From: Neoconidiobolus thromboides FSU 785
Taxonomy: Eukaryota; Fungi; Entomophthoromycota
Length of the DNA: 64,000 nt
Assembly (NCBI GenBank): GCA_025603075.1
Contig: MU626329.1
Location: 33,102-97,101 of the forward strand
Direction: 5' to 3'
Part shown: positions 24,845 to 37,098 of the stretch, in pieces
Position numbering within the stretch: the first letter of the stretch is position 1
Layout of the letters: the number at the start of each line of letters is the position of its first letter
Notes under the pieces: model-generated
Database searches by the model: none
Seen by the model: the letters and a program-made list of their open reading frames with translations, nothing else
Told to the model about the DNA's origin: nothing
Made by a program: the position numbers and the translations under genes

Positions 24845-24947
24845 ATATGAGGATGTACTTTTATGTTTAAAATTTTTACTAAATTTTCTGCTCAAATAGC
24901 GCTTAAAGGATGGAAAAGTGATGAAATCAAAAAAAACATCACCATAT
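24845..24947 (+). mobile_element. ~105-bp TIR element copy
   Basis: ATATGAGGATGTACTTTT...CTCAAATAGCGCTTAAAGGATGGAAAAGTGATGAAATC...CATCACCATAT. Confidence 0.75.
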
Positions 24948-25315
24948 TTTATTTGCTAAAATGGTAGGTAATAAAAATGAGGCTCCAAAATAGAAATCAT
25001 TTCTCTTAGGTAAGCCAAAAACAAAATTTAGCAAATTTTAGTCAATAAAATTTAATAATTGGGAACTATATAAGAATTACATCTTTTCCAAAAGAATCGT
25101 TAAACAGTAAACAATTAATAAGATACATTTGAAAACTTAGAGTATTTGCAATAGTTTCACCTCATCCTGTTATCTAATTGTTATTCTGTTTACGAAGGAG
25201 AATATTAAAAGTTTGAAATCAATAAAACAAGAGCCAAAATTCAATAAAACAAGGGTCAAAATTTAAATAAGATGTTTTTTTGTAAATTAATGTATGACTT
25301 TTAATCAGCGGTTAA

Positions 25316-25825
25316 TTAAAGAGCAAGTTTAAGTTGAACACGTAAAACTTGCTTCTTGTTTGGAGTAGTTACAACACCATCAACGAGGTAGTTACCACCC
25401 GGAATGTTAGAAGGAATATCGATGACTTTAGTAGCAGTGAGTTCACCCTTTTGAATTGGGCATTTAACTTTATCATCCTCAACGTATTGGCAGAAATCAT
25501 AATCTTTATCAATAACAGTGAAGATACCAAGCTTGGCAGTAACATGAGCGTTGGTACCTTTGACAATGTCTTCTTTAACAGTACCAGTAAGGGTGACAGT
25601 AAGCTTTTGTCCTTTCTTTGGTACACGTGGGCTAAGAGTAACACTCTTAAGTTGGAAAGTATCGGTGGTAGAGCCACAATCATAGACTATGTTATCGGTG
25701 ATTGGACGGCAAGCAGCAGAAATGGCGAATTTTTCGCCATCAAAGTAGGCATCAAACTTTGGTTCAATGAAAGCAGAAGCGCTGCTAGCAAGAGCAAAGA
25801 GAGCAAAGACTTGGGTGAATTGCAT
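25316..25825 (-). CDS. NPC2: ML-domain lipid transfer protein (NPC2 / PG-PI transfer protein family)
   Basis: 169 aa; signal peptide; YDCG..FQLKSVTLSPRVPKKGQKLTVTLTG..DFC..KCPIQKGE..IPSNIPGGNY, typical of fungal ML proteins. Confidence 0.85.
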   Translation of the reverse strand: MQFTQVFALFALASSASAFIEPKFDAYFDGEKFAISAACRPITDNIVYDCGSTTDTFQLKSVTLSPRVPKKGQKLTVTLTGTVKEDIVKGTNAHVTAKLGIFTVIDKDYDFCQYVEDDKVKCPIQKGELTATKVIDIPSNIPGGNYLVDGVVTTPNKKQVLRVQLKLAL

Positions 25826-27240
25826 TTTGTATAGATTGTTTGTACAGCTAAAAGTTTTAGTACTTTTGACCTTTAACTATGACTTGAATCGTCCTTTTTA
25901 TACTTGGTTGATGTCTTACTTTTGTAGGTAGTGTCAAATCTTAAAAGTGTGATGAAATCATAATTCTTTTTAAAAAGTTTGTTATGATGAAGTAGCATAA
26001 TATTATAATAAATGATCTGATCATTTATACAAAAATAAAATAAAATTTTCTTTAATTGATATATTTACTTGAAAACCGAAATTTATCTTACTATTTTAAG
26101 AAACCTTTAGATATATATTATATTATTTTATATAGATTTACTATACCTAATTGAAACTAATATCCTATAAGCTATAAGCAACCATTTTAAAAAACATAAA
26201 ATAGCAACTGATTAGAGGCAAAATATTTAATAGTACATTGGTAAATAAAAAATATTATCAATTTAGGCATAATAACCAAAAACAGGGATAAAACATAAAA
26301 GTGTGACCAAAAGTACCATGTGCTAAATGCAAAAGAAATGTTGGATGCAATTGCATCTCGTTTTATCATAATAAAATTTACTTAAATTGGTAGCTGTTTT
26401 TTATGAAAGTGAAAATAAAATTAAATCCCACATATTATCTTGACCAGGAACTCAAACACTTAGACGTCAAATAACAACATGATGGTATTTGGTTGCAAGT
26501 ATCATGATAAGTTGAATGCGCAGTATACAGTCTACAAAAAGTATTGGGCTTGAAATGACTTGAAGTTAACATGGTTAAAAATGAATGAAAATTTAAATTC
26601 ATTGTTTATTAAAGTACTTTATTCTTTATAAAAAAGATCCTTATAGAAGCGTGTATTATTTAGTAATAATTAATAATGACATGTATTATTAAATGTAATA
26701 TAATACTTATAGTAATTAACTAATTACTGTACATATCTGTGTTTTAATCTTTTTTAAAACTATGATTATATTGTTGGACTATCGTATTGAATAATATAAC
26801 CTTTTTACAGGTATTCTTTTATCTACTTAAAAGCTTTGACCTAATCTCAATATAAATATTTTATGTATAGTTAAAATTTAAAAGCTCTTTATAAGTCAAT
26901 CATGTAATAACGAAAGCTAAAACCTGTTGGAAAGAAACCGAGTTTATAACTTTAAATCAGAAGGTATTTAATTCTTAATTACTCTTTATTTAAGATTTTT
27001 TACTGAGTTATTGGAACAATGATTTTTTATAGTTGAATTCGATTCTTTTAAACCAAACAATCTCTTTTTTATTTAGCATAAATATTTACATTTATATCAG
27101 AGCCCTTTGCACAGCCATTCAACTGTATTTACTAAAATCTTTTGTAAAATGAAATTATTCGAAGCACTGTTTAAAGAGTTGATCAGTTAATCTCGTTTTT
27201 TTATTTGTGAATATGTTTAAAATGAGCTATTTAAAGTAAT

Positions 27241-27344
27241 ATATGAGGATTTTTTTTGGCTTAACTACTTTTTCCGTCTTTTAAGTACTGTTTGGGTAAA
27301 AAAATTGTTAGTAAATCCCTAAACACAAAAATACATCCCCATAT
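27241..27344 (-). mobile_element. ~105-bp TIR element copy
   Basis: ATATGAGGATTTTTTTTGG...TTTTAAGTACTGTTTGGG...ACACAAAAATACATCCCCATAT. Confidence 0.7.
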
Positions 27345-27926
27345 AAAAATTTTAGCTCACTTCAATTTCTTATTTTTTTTTAAAATATCTTACTAAGACT
27401 ATTTTGCATTCTATAATAACTATTTGTTTATTCTTATCAAAATAATCTGATTTATACGATTCGTTCTCAAAATTAGTTTGTTTTTGTATTTTTAATATTA
27501 GTAGATAGTTAGAAGATTCTTTAACTTTAAAGATAAGTGATTTTTTTAATATAATTAATTACAACAATAAAAACCGCATATTTTATTCTCACTAAATTTA
27601 TGCAAAATAAATATTCATTTATTGTTAATAATTTTAAGTTTTAAAGTTAAATCAAATAAACAAGCTTTTTAACTATAAGTTTTATACTAGTATTTTAACA
27701 TATATAGTTTTTCAGTTTTTAAAAGGCATTAGAATATCCAAACTTTTTTGATACATATGATCATATTATCTGATTTAGATGTTTCATTTACCACTTATTT
27801 TATAAGCTCTGCCCTTCAATCAACCTACTATTCCTATTGCGTTTTTTTAGACAAAAATCCAGGTATAGGCTCACCTTTGCCCTACTCTACCTTAATATTG
27901 AACAGCAAATTTTCTGTCTTGATAGG

Positions 27927-28032
27927 ATCTGGGGATGTATTTTTGTGTTTAAGAATTTTACTAACAAATTTTCCACTCAAATAGCGCTTAAAAAATGGAA
28001 AAAATAATGAAGTAAAAAAAAAACACTCCCAT
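27927..28032 (+). mobile_element. ~105-bp TIR element copy (near consensus)
   Basis: TGGGGATGTATTTTTGTGTTTAAGAATTTTACTAACAAATTTTCCACTCAAATAGCGCTTAAAAAATGGAAAAAATAATGAAGTAAAAAAAAAACACTCCCAT. Confidence 0.8.
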
Positions 28033-28889
28033 CTTCTGGAACATTAAATATTGAGATTTAATTTCTGTAGTGCCAAGGTCATATCCAAACTATCATATGG
28101 CCTATATCAAATCGTTATTTTGCATAACTTAATAATATATTTGCTCTTATGGGCGCAAGGTTTTTTTTAGAAAATTGCAAGTTAAGATTTTTTGAATTTA
28201 TTTTCCAACTATAAGGAACATATTTCCTAATATCCTTGAACACCAGAAGATACAAATATTTTTTTGGAGCATCTTCAAAGCAGTGAAGTAAATGTTAAGC
28301 ATAAATATCAATTTTTTAAATTAGAGTATTCATTTAGAAACTTATTTTAAATAATCCTTAGTTTTTTTAGCCAAGGACTTTGTTACTTCGTGAATACACT
28401 TTGCGAAGACAAAAACCTCATATAATGGTAAATATCTTTATAAAAAACCACGTAAAAAATATGTAGAGCCATCAATTTTTTACAAAATTTGATTAGCATA
28501 ATGAATTTAGTTAATATCTATATTTTTCTACTCCGCATTTCTTACAAAAGAATTTCGAGATACTTTTTTGGATTACTCTAGATTTCAGCTATTTAATCTT
28601 AAAAGATAAGTTGATTTAAAAGCGTAGAAAGTTGAAACTAACAAACTTCAATAACATTACTAGACTTCATTTAAATATATAGATGATTACATAAAGTTTT
28701 ACCAAGGTCTTATATAAATTTCTTAAAACTTTTATAAAAAACTACAACCTTTAGGAATGTCAGTTAGCTTCGGGGTTACCAAATTTAGAACTAAAATGAC
28801 GTTTAAAAGAAACTATTAATTGGTTAATTTAAAAAAGACTCCACGAATTTAAGATAATTATTTTTTATTCATTCAACATTTTATAGAAA

Positions 28890-30035
28890 ATGTCTGTTAC
28901 TTTAGATCCGCCATCACAACTTTTCTTTGAAAGTAATGATTGACCTGTGCTTAAAATTATTATTAACGTTTTATAGGACCTCTTACCAGATCAGCAACTG
29001 AAATTTTAACTTTAAGTAATAATGATTCTGAAGTGGTCACTTTTAAAGTAAAAACAACAAGTCCTAAGCAATATTGTGTACGACCCAACTCGGGTAAAAT
29101 TGAGCCAGGACAAAAAGTGGAAGTAGAAAGTAAATATTATTTTATAAAAATAAAAAATAGTTAGTTTAATTTTCATTTAGTTCTTTTGCAACCATTTAAA
29201 GAAGAGCCACCAGTCGATTTCAAATGCAAAGATAAGTTTTTGGTGCTTAGCGCTGCTATTCCACCAGAATATTCAGACTTTCCATTTTCTCAATTGGTAA
29301 TTAAAAAAGCTCGAATTAAAAGTTTATAATTTTAATTGTTATTTTTAGTGGTCAATTTTGGAACAGCAAAACAAAGGTGCAATTAAAGAAAAAAAGCTTC
29401 GTTGTGTTTTCCTCCCACCTTCAGATTTACCTAAGCCAACGATAAATACTAAAGTATGTTCAATCTATATTTAATTAACCTTATTTATTTTTAAAGGATG
29501 ATTCTTCTCCTATTGCTTCCCCTGAACCTTCCCCTAAATTCAGTACTGTTCGTGAAATTCCTACAATCAAAAGACAACCTGAAGAGAAAAAGAATTTGCT
29601 TCCTAGTTATAACTCAGTAGTTAACAGTCCTCCGCTTAATACGAGTTCTGTAAGTATATTTTATTTGTAAATTTAGTGACGCAAAAATTAATATAAAAAG
29701 AGTGAAGATAGGGAATTAGAATCGGTTAAAGCGGACCTCGAAAAGGTAATTCATTTTATATTGATTCATAATTTATAATTGAAAATTAGTCCAAATCCAT
29801 GATTAAACAACTTGAAGACGATTTAGATGTCTATAAAAATAAACTCAGAGCAAGTGAATCGAAGGTAAATGAGCTTTTATTATATTAAAGTGATAATTTA
29901 TCCTATTTTTAAAAGAGCAATTCAAGTCCACAAGTCACTTCTAACAATCGTGTTGCAGCTAACCCAGACTTAAATATACAAATCTTAGGGGCCGTAGCTT
30001 TGATCTCCTTTTTAATAGGATCTTGGCTTTTTTAA
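28890..30035 (+). CDS. SCS2: VAMP-associated protein (VAP/Scs2), multi-exon
   Basis: Spliced by eye: MSVTLDPP..FKVKTTSPKQYCVRPNSG..CKDKFLV (MSP domain), a coiled coil, and a C-terminal TM GAVALISFLIGSWLF*. Absent from the ORF track because of short exons. Confidence 0.92.
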
Positions 30036-30695
30036 AATAAGTACTGCGATTAAACAGTTTCTACAGTATGATTGAATTTAATGCTGGTTTATTTTATGTT
30101 TGTATTAATCCGATTCTATTATCTATTGCCCTTAAATGTTAGCAATATACTACATAAACTGTTTAAGTATGCCTATAAAGTTAATTATTAGCAAGAGTAC
30201 ACTGTTTTTACTTTTTGTTTATTTTTTATAGATATAAAAACTAAGAGTGTGATTCTCATTAAAAACATTCCTTTTTTCGATTTATTACAATATGATATTT
30301 TATTTGTGTAAAATCATAATAATAATTTTAATGTTTTATTAGTTTTACTTAATTCATAATTAATCCAAATTTATTCACTACATAAGAGTACTTTAATTTG
30401 TTTTAGCCTTCTATCTACTTTTAAGCAGCTTAAAACTGAAATAATTGTTAGTAAAATCTTTAAATAAAAAAACATTCTTATGTTGTAAATAATTTTATAA
30501 CCTTATTCTACACTAAGCTTGTATTATTTTCAATTTTCAGTTCTTGATGCTAATAAGGTTAACCATAGACGATAAAAGTATCAAATAAAAAGATCCCTTT
30601 GTCCTTAAATCAATGTAGCAAATCAGAGTGCTTAAATTTAGCATAATGTTCGATTTTTACAAAAAAGGAGGTTGCTTTTTCTATACAAATTTAAA

Positions 30696-32275
30696 ATGAT
30701 GGATTATGATCATGATAATGGAGATTACTATCAATATGGTGGATACACTGATGATGATTCTGATAAGTAAATCCATACTTCGAAACATATCAAATAAGCT
30801 AATTTTAAAACTAGGATAGATAGTGAGACCGAGGAAGCATTGCAAAGTTATTTAAATTACAATAGCTTTTCAGCAACAAATAAAGTAGCAGGAAAAACTG
30901 GTATTGATATTATAACCATCTAAAGTAAATTCCTAATAAATATAGAAAAATCAAAAGAAGAGAAAAGAATCATTGCTATTGATGATGACAGCGACTCAAA
31001 ATACAATATCAAAAAGAAAAACAATATTGTAATTGACCTAACTAGTAATTTAGAGCCAGGTGAAATCATTAACTCTAGTGATATTGATGTTGATGAAAGG
31101 AATGAAACGATAAGTATTTCATCAGATGACGAAAGTAATGAAAGCGATGATGGAGAACAGCGTAGCGTTGTCCTTGAAGCTAAAGAGATTAAAACTAGCG
31201 ATATACAAGCTGATAAAGATTTCTTAACTAGTCAAGCTAAAGTAAATCATTAAGTAAAAAAAATATTTTAATAATATGTTGTAGGAGAAGGGTAGATATT
31301 TTAATTCAGTGCCTATGGCTAAAAAGTGCTTTAAATGTGATGGAGATCATTTACAAGCTAACTGCCCAGTTAAAGTAAAAGCGATTACCTTTAGTATAAT
31401 TAACAACTGAACATATTTAGGACTCCTGCACTCTTTGTGGAAAACGTGGACATATTGATAGATATTGTAGTTTATTACTTATGTGCTTTAACTGCAAAGA
31501 AAAAGGACATAGAAAAGAAGTAAAGTCATATTAAATTAAACTATGGATGTTAATGTTTTGATATAAGGACTGTAAAAATGAGTTTGTTAGACCAGGGTGC
31601 GAACAATGTGGGAGTATAATTCATAGTTCATTGGTAAGCTTACCGATTTATAAATTTAAGGTCTAATAATATTGTTTTAGGAATGTACCGAGTTTTGGAG
31701 GAAATACAAAATTAAAAGAAACATCAGAACAGTAATTGAATATACTAACATCATATATTATATTAAATTATAGATTAACTTGCCTACCAAACTCTGCTCT
31801 TTATGTGCAGGTTCTGATCATGTTCATGATGTAAGTCTGATAAAAGTAACATCTTAAATTTTAAAAAAAATAGGAATGTGAAGGCAAAAAAATTAGCAAA
31901 GAATCAGCGTTTAAAGATATAGCAGATATTCTTTTTCAACAACGTATTAATGGTATCAATATTAGAAGAAGTTCAGGTTCTGATCCAAATCATTTTTATT
32001 TTAAAACCCCAATAAAGGGTAATAAAGGGTTTTTTAAAAATAGGTCTCGTTCTTCAGGAGGGAGAAGTAGGCAATATGGTGCTTCACATAGGGAACGCCA
32101 ACGTAACGTTGAAGAATGGGGAGCCAGTAGAGGACAGAATGGAGGACATAGGTCTCAATATCGCAGTGCTTATAATAGCTATAATAATCATGGAAGTGAT
32201 TATCGTAGCCAAAATCAAAATAATAACTACTATCGCTCCTCTAGACCTCACGGAGGTTATAATGGCAATTCATAA
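30696..32275 (+). CDS. AIR1: TRAMP zinc-knuckle protein Air1/Air2 (ZCCHC7-like), multi-exon
   Basis: Spliced: GRYF motif, five CCHC knuckles (CFKC..HLQANC, CTLC..HIDRYC, CFNC..HRKEDC, CEQC..HSSLEC, CSLC..HVHDEC), FWRKY (IWRxY motif) and an R/G/S/N/Y-rich tail. Confidence 0.85.
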
Positions 32276-33647
32276 AAAGACATAGATTAGTAATAGAGCT
32301 TAAAACTAAATTCGATGGTATTTTAATATAGCAATTTGAAATGGAGGTAACTCAAAAATGTTAGGTAAATTTTGGCCTCGTTTTAAAAAAAGGGATAGTA
32401 TTTTTTTAAAAAAACAGTTTAAACATTTAACTCTTTTTTAGGTATTGTATCTTACCATCGGTTTCTCTTTTTATAAATAAAGCTTAAGCAGTATACCATA
32501 TTGTATTTATTATTTAAGTTATTATTACGAAAGTTATGATTTATTATTGTTTTATTTGCTTCTCCAAGCTATAAAAGTTAAACGTTAGCATAAGCGAGAG
32601 GATACTTTGTCTAAATTAAACATATCTACTCTATAGAGCATTATACAATCTTGTTTTAATTAAGGTATTTTGCTTAATATGATATAACCTCTTAGATAAG
32701 TTTGCCTGTTTAAAACGTTTATTATCAATTTAAAACAAGGCTTTTTTGACATAGTCCAAACAATATAACAAGATGTAAGTAACCATAAATGTTTGTAGAA
32801 ACAGTAAGAGTTTATTAACAAAAAGCTTAAAATGGTATGAAGTTAATACATTGATTTTGTTTCTGAAAAGCATTCCAAAACACCGAAGTAAAAACCCAAA
32901 ATTTACTTAAATAATTGCCAAAAACAATGAGTTTAAATTAACAAATAGGGCTACTTTTCGATTTTCTTCACACATTTTTTAAATATGCCCATTTATAGTT
33001 GATAGACGTAAAGTCATTTGGCATTAAATGTAAAAGTTGATAAAATGAAATGATTAAATAGTTTTGACTATTTGTATTCTTAAACCTGAAACCTAAGCAA
33101 ATGATAAAAACTAATAAGTAGGCTTTTAGAGTGAAATATATTCTGTAAATAAAGTATAACTTCAAAAATGACATATTGTAAACACCTCTTTATTGGGCTA
33201 AACAACTATATTTAAGTGTATTTTTGTTAAGATTGCAATTATTCTGGAAGACTTAATTATAAAAAATAGTTAGCAACAGTTTAATAAAAAAGTTATAAAG
33301 TAGTGGATTTATGCACTAAATAGCCTCCATTGATCTTAAAGTAATTAAATTCATGTGTGATAATTTACTAACAAAAGTAAATTATAAGTGTACCTAAATA
33401 AATTTAAAGTGGAAAATAAAAGCCTTGTTTAAAATATATTATTTAAGATGAAGTAATTGATGGCTTATAAAAATCTGATGTATTGTGAAAAATGGATAAG
33501 TTGTAATTGCTATAGAACTACGTTAAAAAATAAAGTATATAAATAAGCAGAAAACGACTTCAAATTATCATCAAACTACATCAATATATTTATTATACAT
33601 TTTTATACACTCAATAATATATTTATTACAACGATCGAATAAAAAAA

Positions 33648-35147
33648 ATGAAATCTTTTATCACTGAACTTATCCCTTTCTTAGCTATTGCTTCAGCCTT
33701 AAACTTGCCCGAAAGTAACAATGTAGCTAACAACCAAGCAGTGGCGGCTAAAGGGCATGGTTATGGAACTAAACCAAGTACTGGATACGGAAGTGGTCTC
33801 AACTATGCCAATAATCCATTCAACTCTCCAGAACTTTTACAAGCATTCTATCAATATCTTTGCAAATATAGGGGTTATGGATGTAATTATGTAAGTAGAC
33901 CAGGATCATCAGGAACCCCAGGATCAAGTGGAACTCCAGGATCATCAGGTACTCCAGGTTCAAGTGGAACTCCAGGGTCATCAGGTACTCCAGGGTCATC
34001 AGGTGCCCCAGGGTCAAGTGAAATTCCAGGATCAAGCGGAACTCCAGGGTCATCAGGAACTCCAGGATCAAGTGGAACTCCAGGAACATCAGGAACTCCA
34101 GGATCAAGTGGAACTCCAGGATCATCAGGTACTCCAGGATCATCAGGTACCCCAGGATCATCAGGTACCCCAGGATCAAGTGGAACTCCAGGCTCAAGTG
34201 AAACTCCAGGATCAAGTGGAACTCCAGAGTACTCCACCCCAGGATCAAGTGGAACTCCAGGGTCATCAGGAACTCCAGGATCAAGTGGNNNNNNNNNNNN
34301 NNNNNNNNNNNNNNNNNNNNNNNNNNNNNNNNNNNNNNNNNNNNNNNNNNNNNNNNNNNNNNNNNNNNNNNNNNNNNNNNNNNNNNNNNNNNNNNNNNNN
34401 NNNNNNNNNNNNNNNNNNNNNNNNNNNNNNNNNNNNNNNNNNNNNNNNNNNNNNNNNNNNNNNNNNNNNNNNNNNNNNNNNNNNNNNNNNNNNNNNNNNN
34501 NNNNNNNNNNNNNNNNNNNNNNNNNNNNNNNNNNNNNNNNNNNNNNNNNNNNNNNNNNNNNNNNNNNNNNNNNNNNNNNNNNNNNNNNNNNNNNNNNNNN
34601 NNNNNNNNNNNNNNNNNNNNNNNNNNNNNNNNNNNNNNNNNNNNNNNNNNNNNNNNNNNNNNNNNNNNNNNNNNNNNNNNNNNNNNNNNNNNNNNNNNNN
34701 NNNNNNNNNNNNNNNNNNNNNNNNNNNNNNNNNNNNNNNNNNNNNNNNNNNNNNNNNNNNNNNNNNNNNNNNNNNNNNNNNNNNNNNNNNNNNNNNNNNN
34801 NNNNNNNNNNNNNNNNNNNNNNNNNNNNNNNNNNNNNNNNNNNNNNNNNNNNNNNNNNNNNNNNNNNNNNNNNNNNNNNNNNNNNNNNNNNNNNNNNNNN
34901 NNNNNNNNNNNNNNNNNNNNNNNNNNNNNNNNNNNNNNNNNNNNNNNNNNNNNNNNNNNNNNNNNNNNNNNNNGGAACTCCAGGATCAAGTGGAACTCCA
35001 GGGTCATCAGGAACTCCAGGATCAAGTGGAACTCCAGGATCAAGCGGAACTCCAGGGTCATCAGGAACCCCAGGCTTTTCTGGACATTATCGTAGTTATA
35101 GACGTAAGAATAATCATGGCTCTTATGACCGTTATGGCGTTTACTAA
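33648..35147 (+). CDS. Secreted GSSGTP-repeat protein (contains assembly gap)
   Basis: Signal peptide, Tyr/Gly-rich N-segment with two Cys, tandem 18-bp GSSGTP units on both sides of a 685-N gap (34289-34973), Tyr-rich C-tail. Confidence 0.8.
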   Translation: MKSFITELIPFLAIASALNLPESNNVANNQAVAAKGHGYGTKPSTGYGSGLNYANNPFNSPELLQAFYQYLCKYRGYGCNYVSRPGSSGTPGSSGTPGSSGTPGSSGTPGSSGTPGSSGAPGSSEIPGSSGTPGSSGTPGSSGTPGTSGTPGSSGTPGSSGTPGSSGTPGSSGTPGSSGTPGSSETPGSSGTPEYSTPGSSGTPGSSGTPGSSXXXXXXXXXXXXXXXXXXXXXXXXXXXXXXXXXXXXXXXXXXXXXXXXXXXXXXXXXXXXXXXXXXXXXXXXXXXXXXXXXXXXXXXXXXXXXXXXXXXXXXXXXXXXXXXXXXXXXXXXXXXXXXXXXXXXXXXXXXXXXXXXXXXXXXXXXXXXXXXXXXXXXXXXXXXXXXXXXXXXXXXXXXXXXXXXXXXXXXXXXXXXXXXXXXXXXXXXXXXXXXXXXXXXXGTPGSSGTPGSSGTPGSSGTPGSSGTPGSSGTPGFSGHYRSYRRKNNHGSYDRYGVY

Positions 35148-35629
35148 ACTTAAATCTCCCGTTTTATTGTAATAAAGTATTTAAAATTCATCAACTGTTT
35201 AAACTATGCTACTACAAAATAACCTTAAAGTGTCATAGAATAGCAATTTACGTTTATGATTGATTTTAAAATAATATATTGGTATCGATTATTTTTAGCA
35301 ATTTTTCAAGTAAAAATGGCAATTTTTATTAAAAATAACCATCTTAGGCCAAAGAGGACAACACTTTAATATAATAGAGAACAGCCCGTATTTTATGTCT
35401 TTTTAGCTATATAATGTTATGGATCAATTATACTATTATTTATTATATTATATTGATTATTACTTTTAAGCAGTATATAGTTTATTATCGCACTCTTTAT
35501 AGTAATTGAAAGTCTAATATAAATATATATTTTTGAATACTTTTTTCACTTTATTGTTATACTTTGACTTTATAATAAAATAGACTGATATTACAAAGGT
35601 AGCTAAGAGTTTTGTGCCAGTTTTTAAAC

Positions 35630-35729
35630 ATTTGAGAGTGTTTTTTGGTTTCATTACTTTTTCCATCTTTTAAGCGTTATTTGAGTGGAAAAATTATTAG
35701 TAAGATTAGATACAAAATACATCCCTATA
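35630..35729 (-). mobile_element. ~105-bp TIR element copy
   Basis: GAGAGTGTTTTTTGGTTTCATTACTTTTTCCATCTTTTAAGCGTTATTTGAGTGGAAAAATT...AAAATACATCCCTATA. Confidence 0.75.
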
Positions 35730-36641
35730 CACGGCTATAACATCAGAAATATCAAAACGTAAAACAAAAGAGATTTAATTGCAATTTATTCTAAATGATA
35801 TTTAAATTGAATAATAAAAACCAGTTTTAATAACACATACTAAAAATACAACTCTTTAATTTTATTGACGTAGCTTTTGATTTTTATTTTAATTAGTGAA
35901 AGATTTAGGAGTAGTGTCCTTTAAAGGACTAAAAAATGAGTATATATTTTAAATTATTTTCAATTATATAATCTTAGTAAATATTACTTAAATGTTAATA
36001 TCCAAACACTTAATATATACTTATTTTTATAATTCTAGCTATTTCCCTCATCATATTTTCTAATAATTTTTTTAAACCCATAAACTATCATTTTAAAAGT
36101 GGAGTTAGTTATTTGATCGTTTTTGTTAGTTGAAAATTTAGTTGTTTTCACATAGTATAACATTTTATACTAGCAGTGTTGTACTTTTATATGACTAGTT
36201 TTAGTGTATGATGTGATTATACTTTCCTTATAAACACTGTTTTGTGAAACGCTTTGTAATGACCACTTCAATTTATAGACAATAGCTTCATTATTTTATA
36301 ATATCTAAGTAATTTAAATTATGAAAATAATGTATAGGCTATACTATCTATTCAAACTCTCTTATCGATTTGTTCCACTTTTTAGTAGTTATAATCATTT
36401 TGGAATTTTCATAAGACTCCTGGCTACCTTATATTTTAAGACAGAAGTAGTATTATGATTCAATGTTAACTATATCTAAGCTTGAAATACTTATACACTC
36501 AATTTTAAAATCGACAATTATTCACATAAAGTTACTGCTTTATTATATTTTTAAATAATGTTACCATTCTTAAACTAAAAAAGTGACAAATTATTGAATA
36601 AAAATTTCAAATGTTTGTTATAAAAAGCAGGATATCAAAAT

Positions 36642-37098
36642 CTAGTAAGCATCATAATGACCATAAGGGCCATCATCTCTTTTAGCAAAAAGACCCCAAG
36701 GGTACCAGAAAAGCCTGAGTTATCAGAAGATCCTAGCTGTTACAGGGTATCAGAAGGTTCTATTACTGATTTTCCAGGAGCGTCAGAAGAGCTTGGCTTT
36801 TCAAAAGATCCTAGAGCAGCTGAGAAGCCTGAATTAACAGAAGACCTTCAAACTCCTGTTTTACCTCGAGTACCCGAGGAGTTTGGACTATTACAGGATC
36901 CTGGTTTTCCTGGAATATTCGAATAGTCCAGTTTGTCCTAGCGTACTCGAAGGTCCTGAGTAACTAGTCCTTGCCTTAATTTCATAATCATATCCTCTAG
37001 CTATTACTACTTGGTTGCTAATTACATTTATTTCTAGGCAAATTTAAGGCAGAGGTAGTAGCTAAAAATAGGATAAAAATAACAATAAAAATTTTCAT
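36642..37098 (-). pseudogene. Frameshifted paralogue of the GSSGTP-repeat secreted protein
   Basis: MKIFIVIFILFLATTSALNLP, then a frameshift. The next frame reads NVISNQVVIARGYDY (cf. NVANNQAVAAKGHGY). Decayed PGSS-like repeats with stops follow, ending KRDDGPYGHYDAY* (cf. KNNHGSYDRYGVY*). Confidence 0.8.

Noticed and set aside
27748-27984. 78-aa ORF
   Set aside because: It runs into the ~105-bp element, has no recognisable motif, and has AT-rich intergenic composition.
33820-35172. Alternative-frame and antisense ORFs over repeat genes (33820, 33887, 33928; also 14858, 16213, 16626, 41502, 62046, 62125)
   Set aside because: These are shadow frames of tandem-repeat or low-complexity coding sequence; the signal-peptide frame explains each locus.
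36657-36926. 89-aa plus-strand ORF
   Set aside because: It is the antisense shadow of the GSSGTP-family pseudogene.
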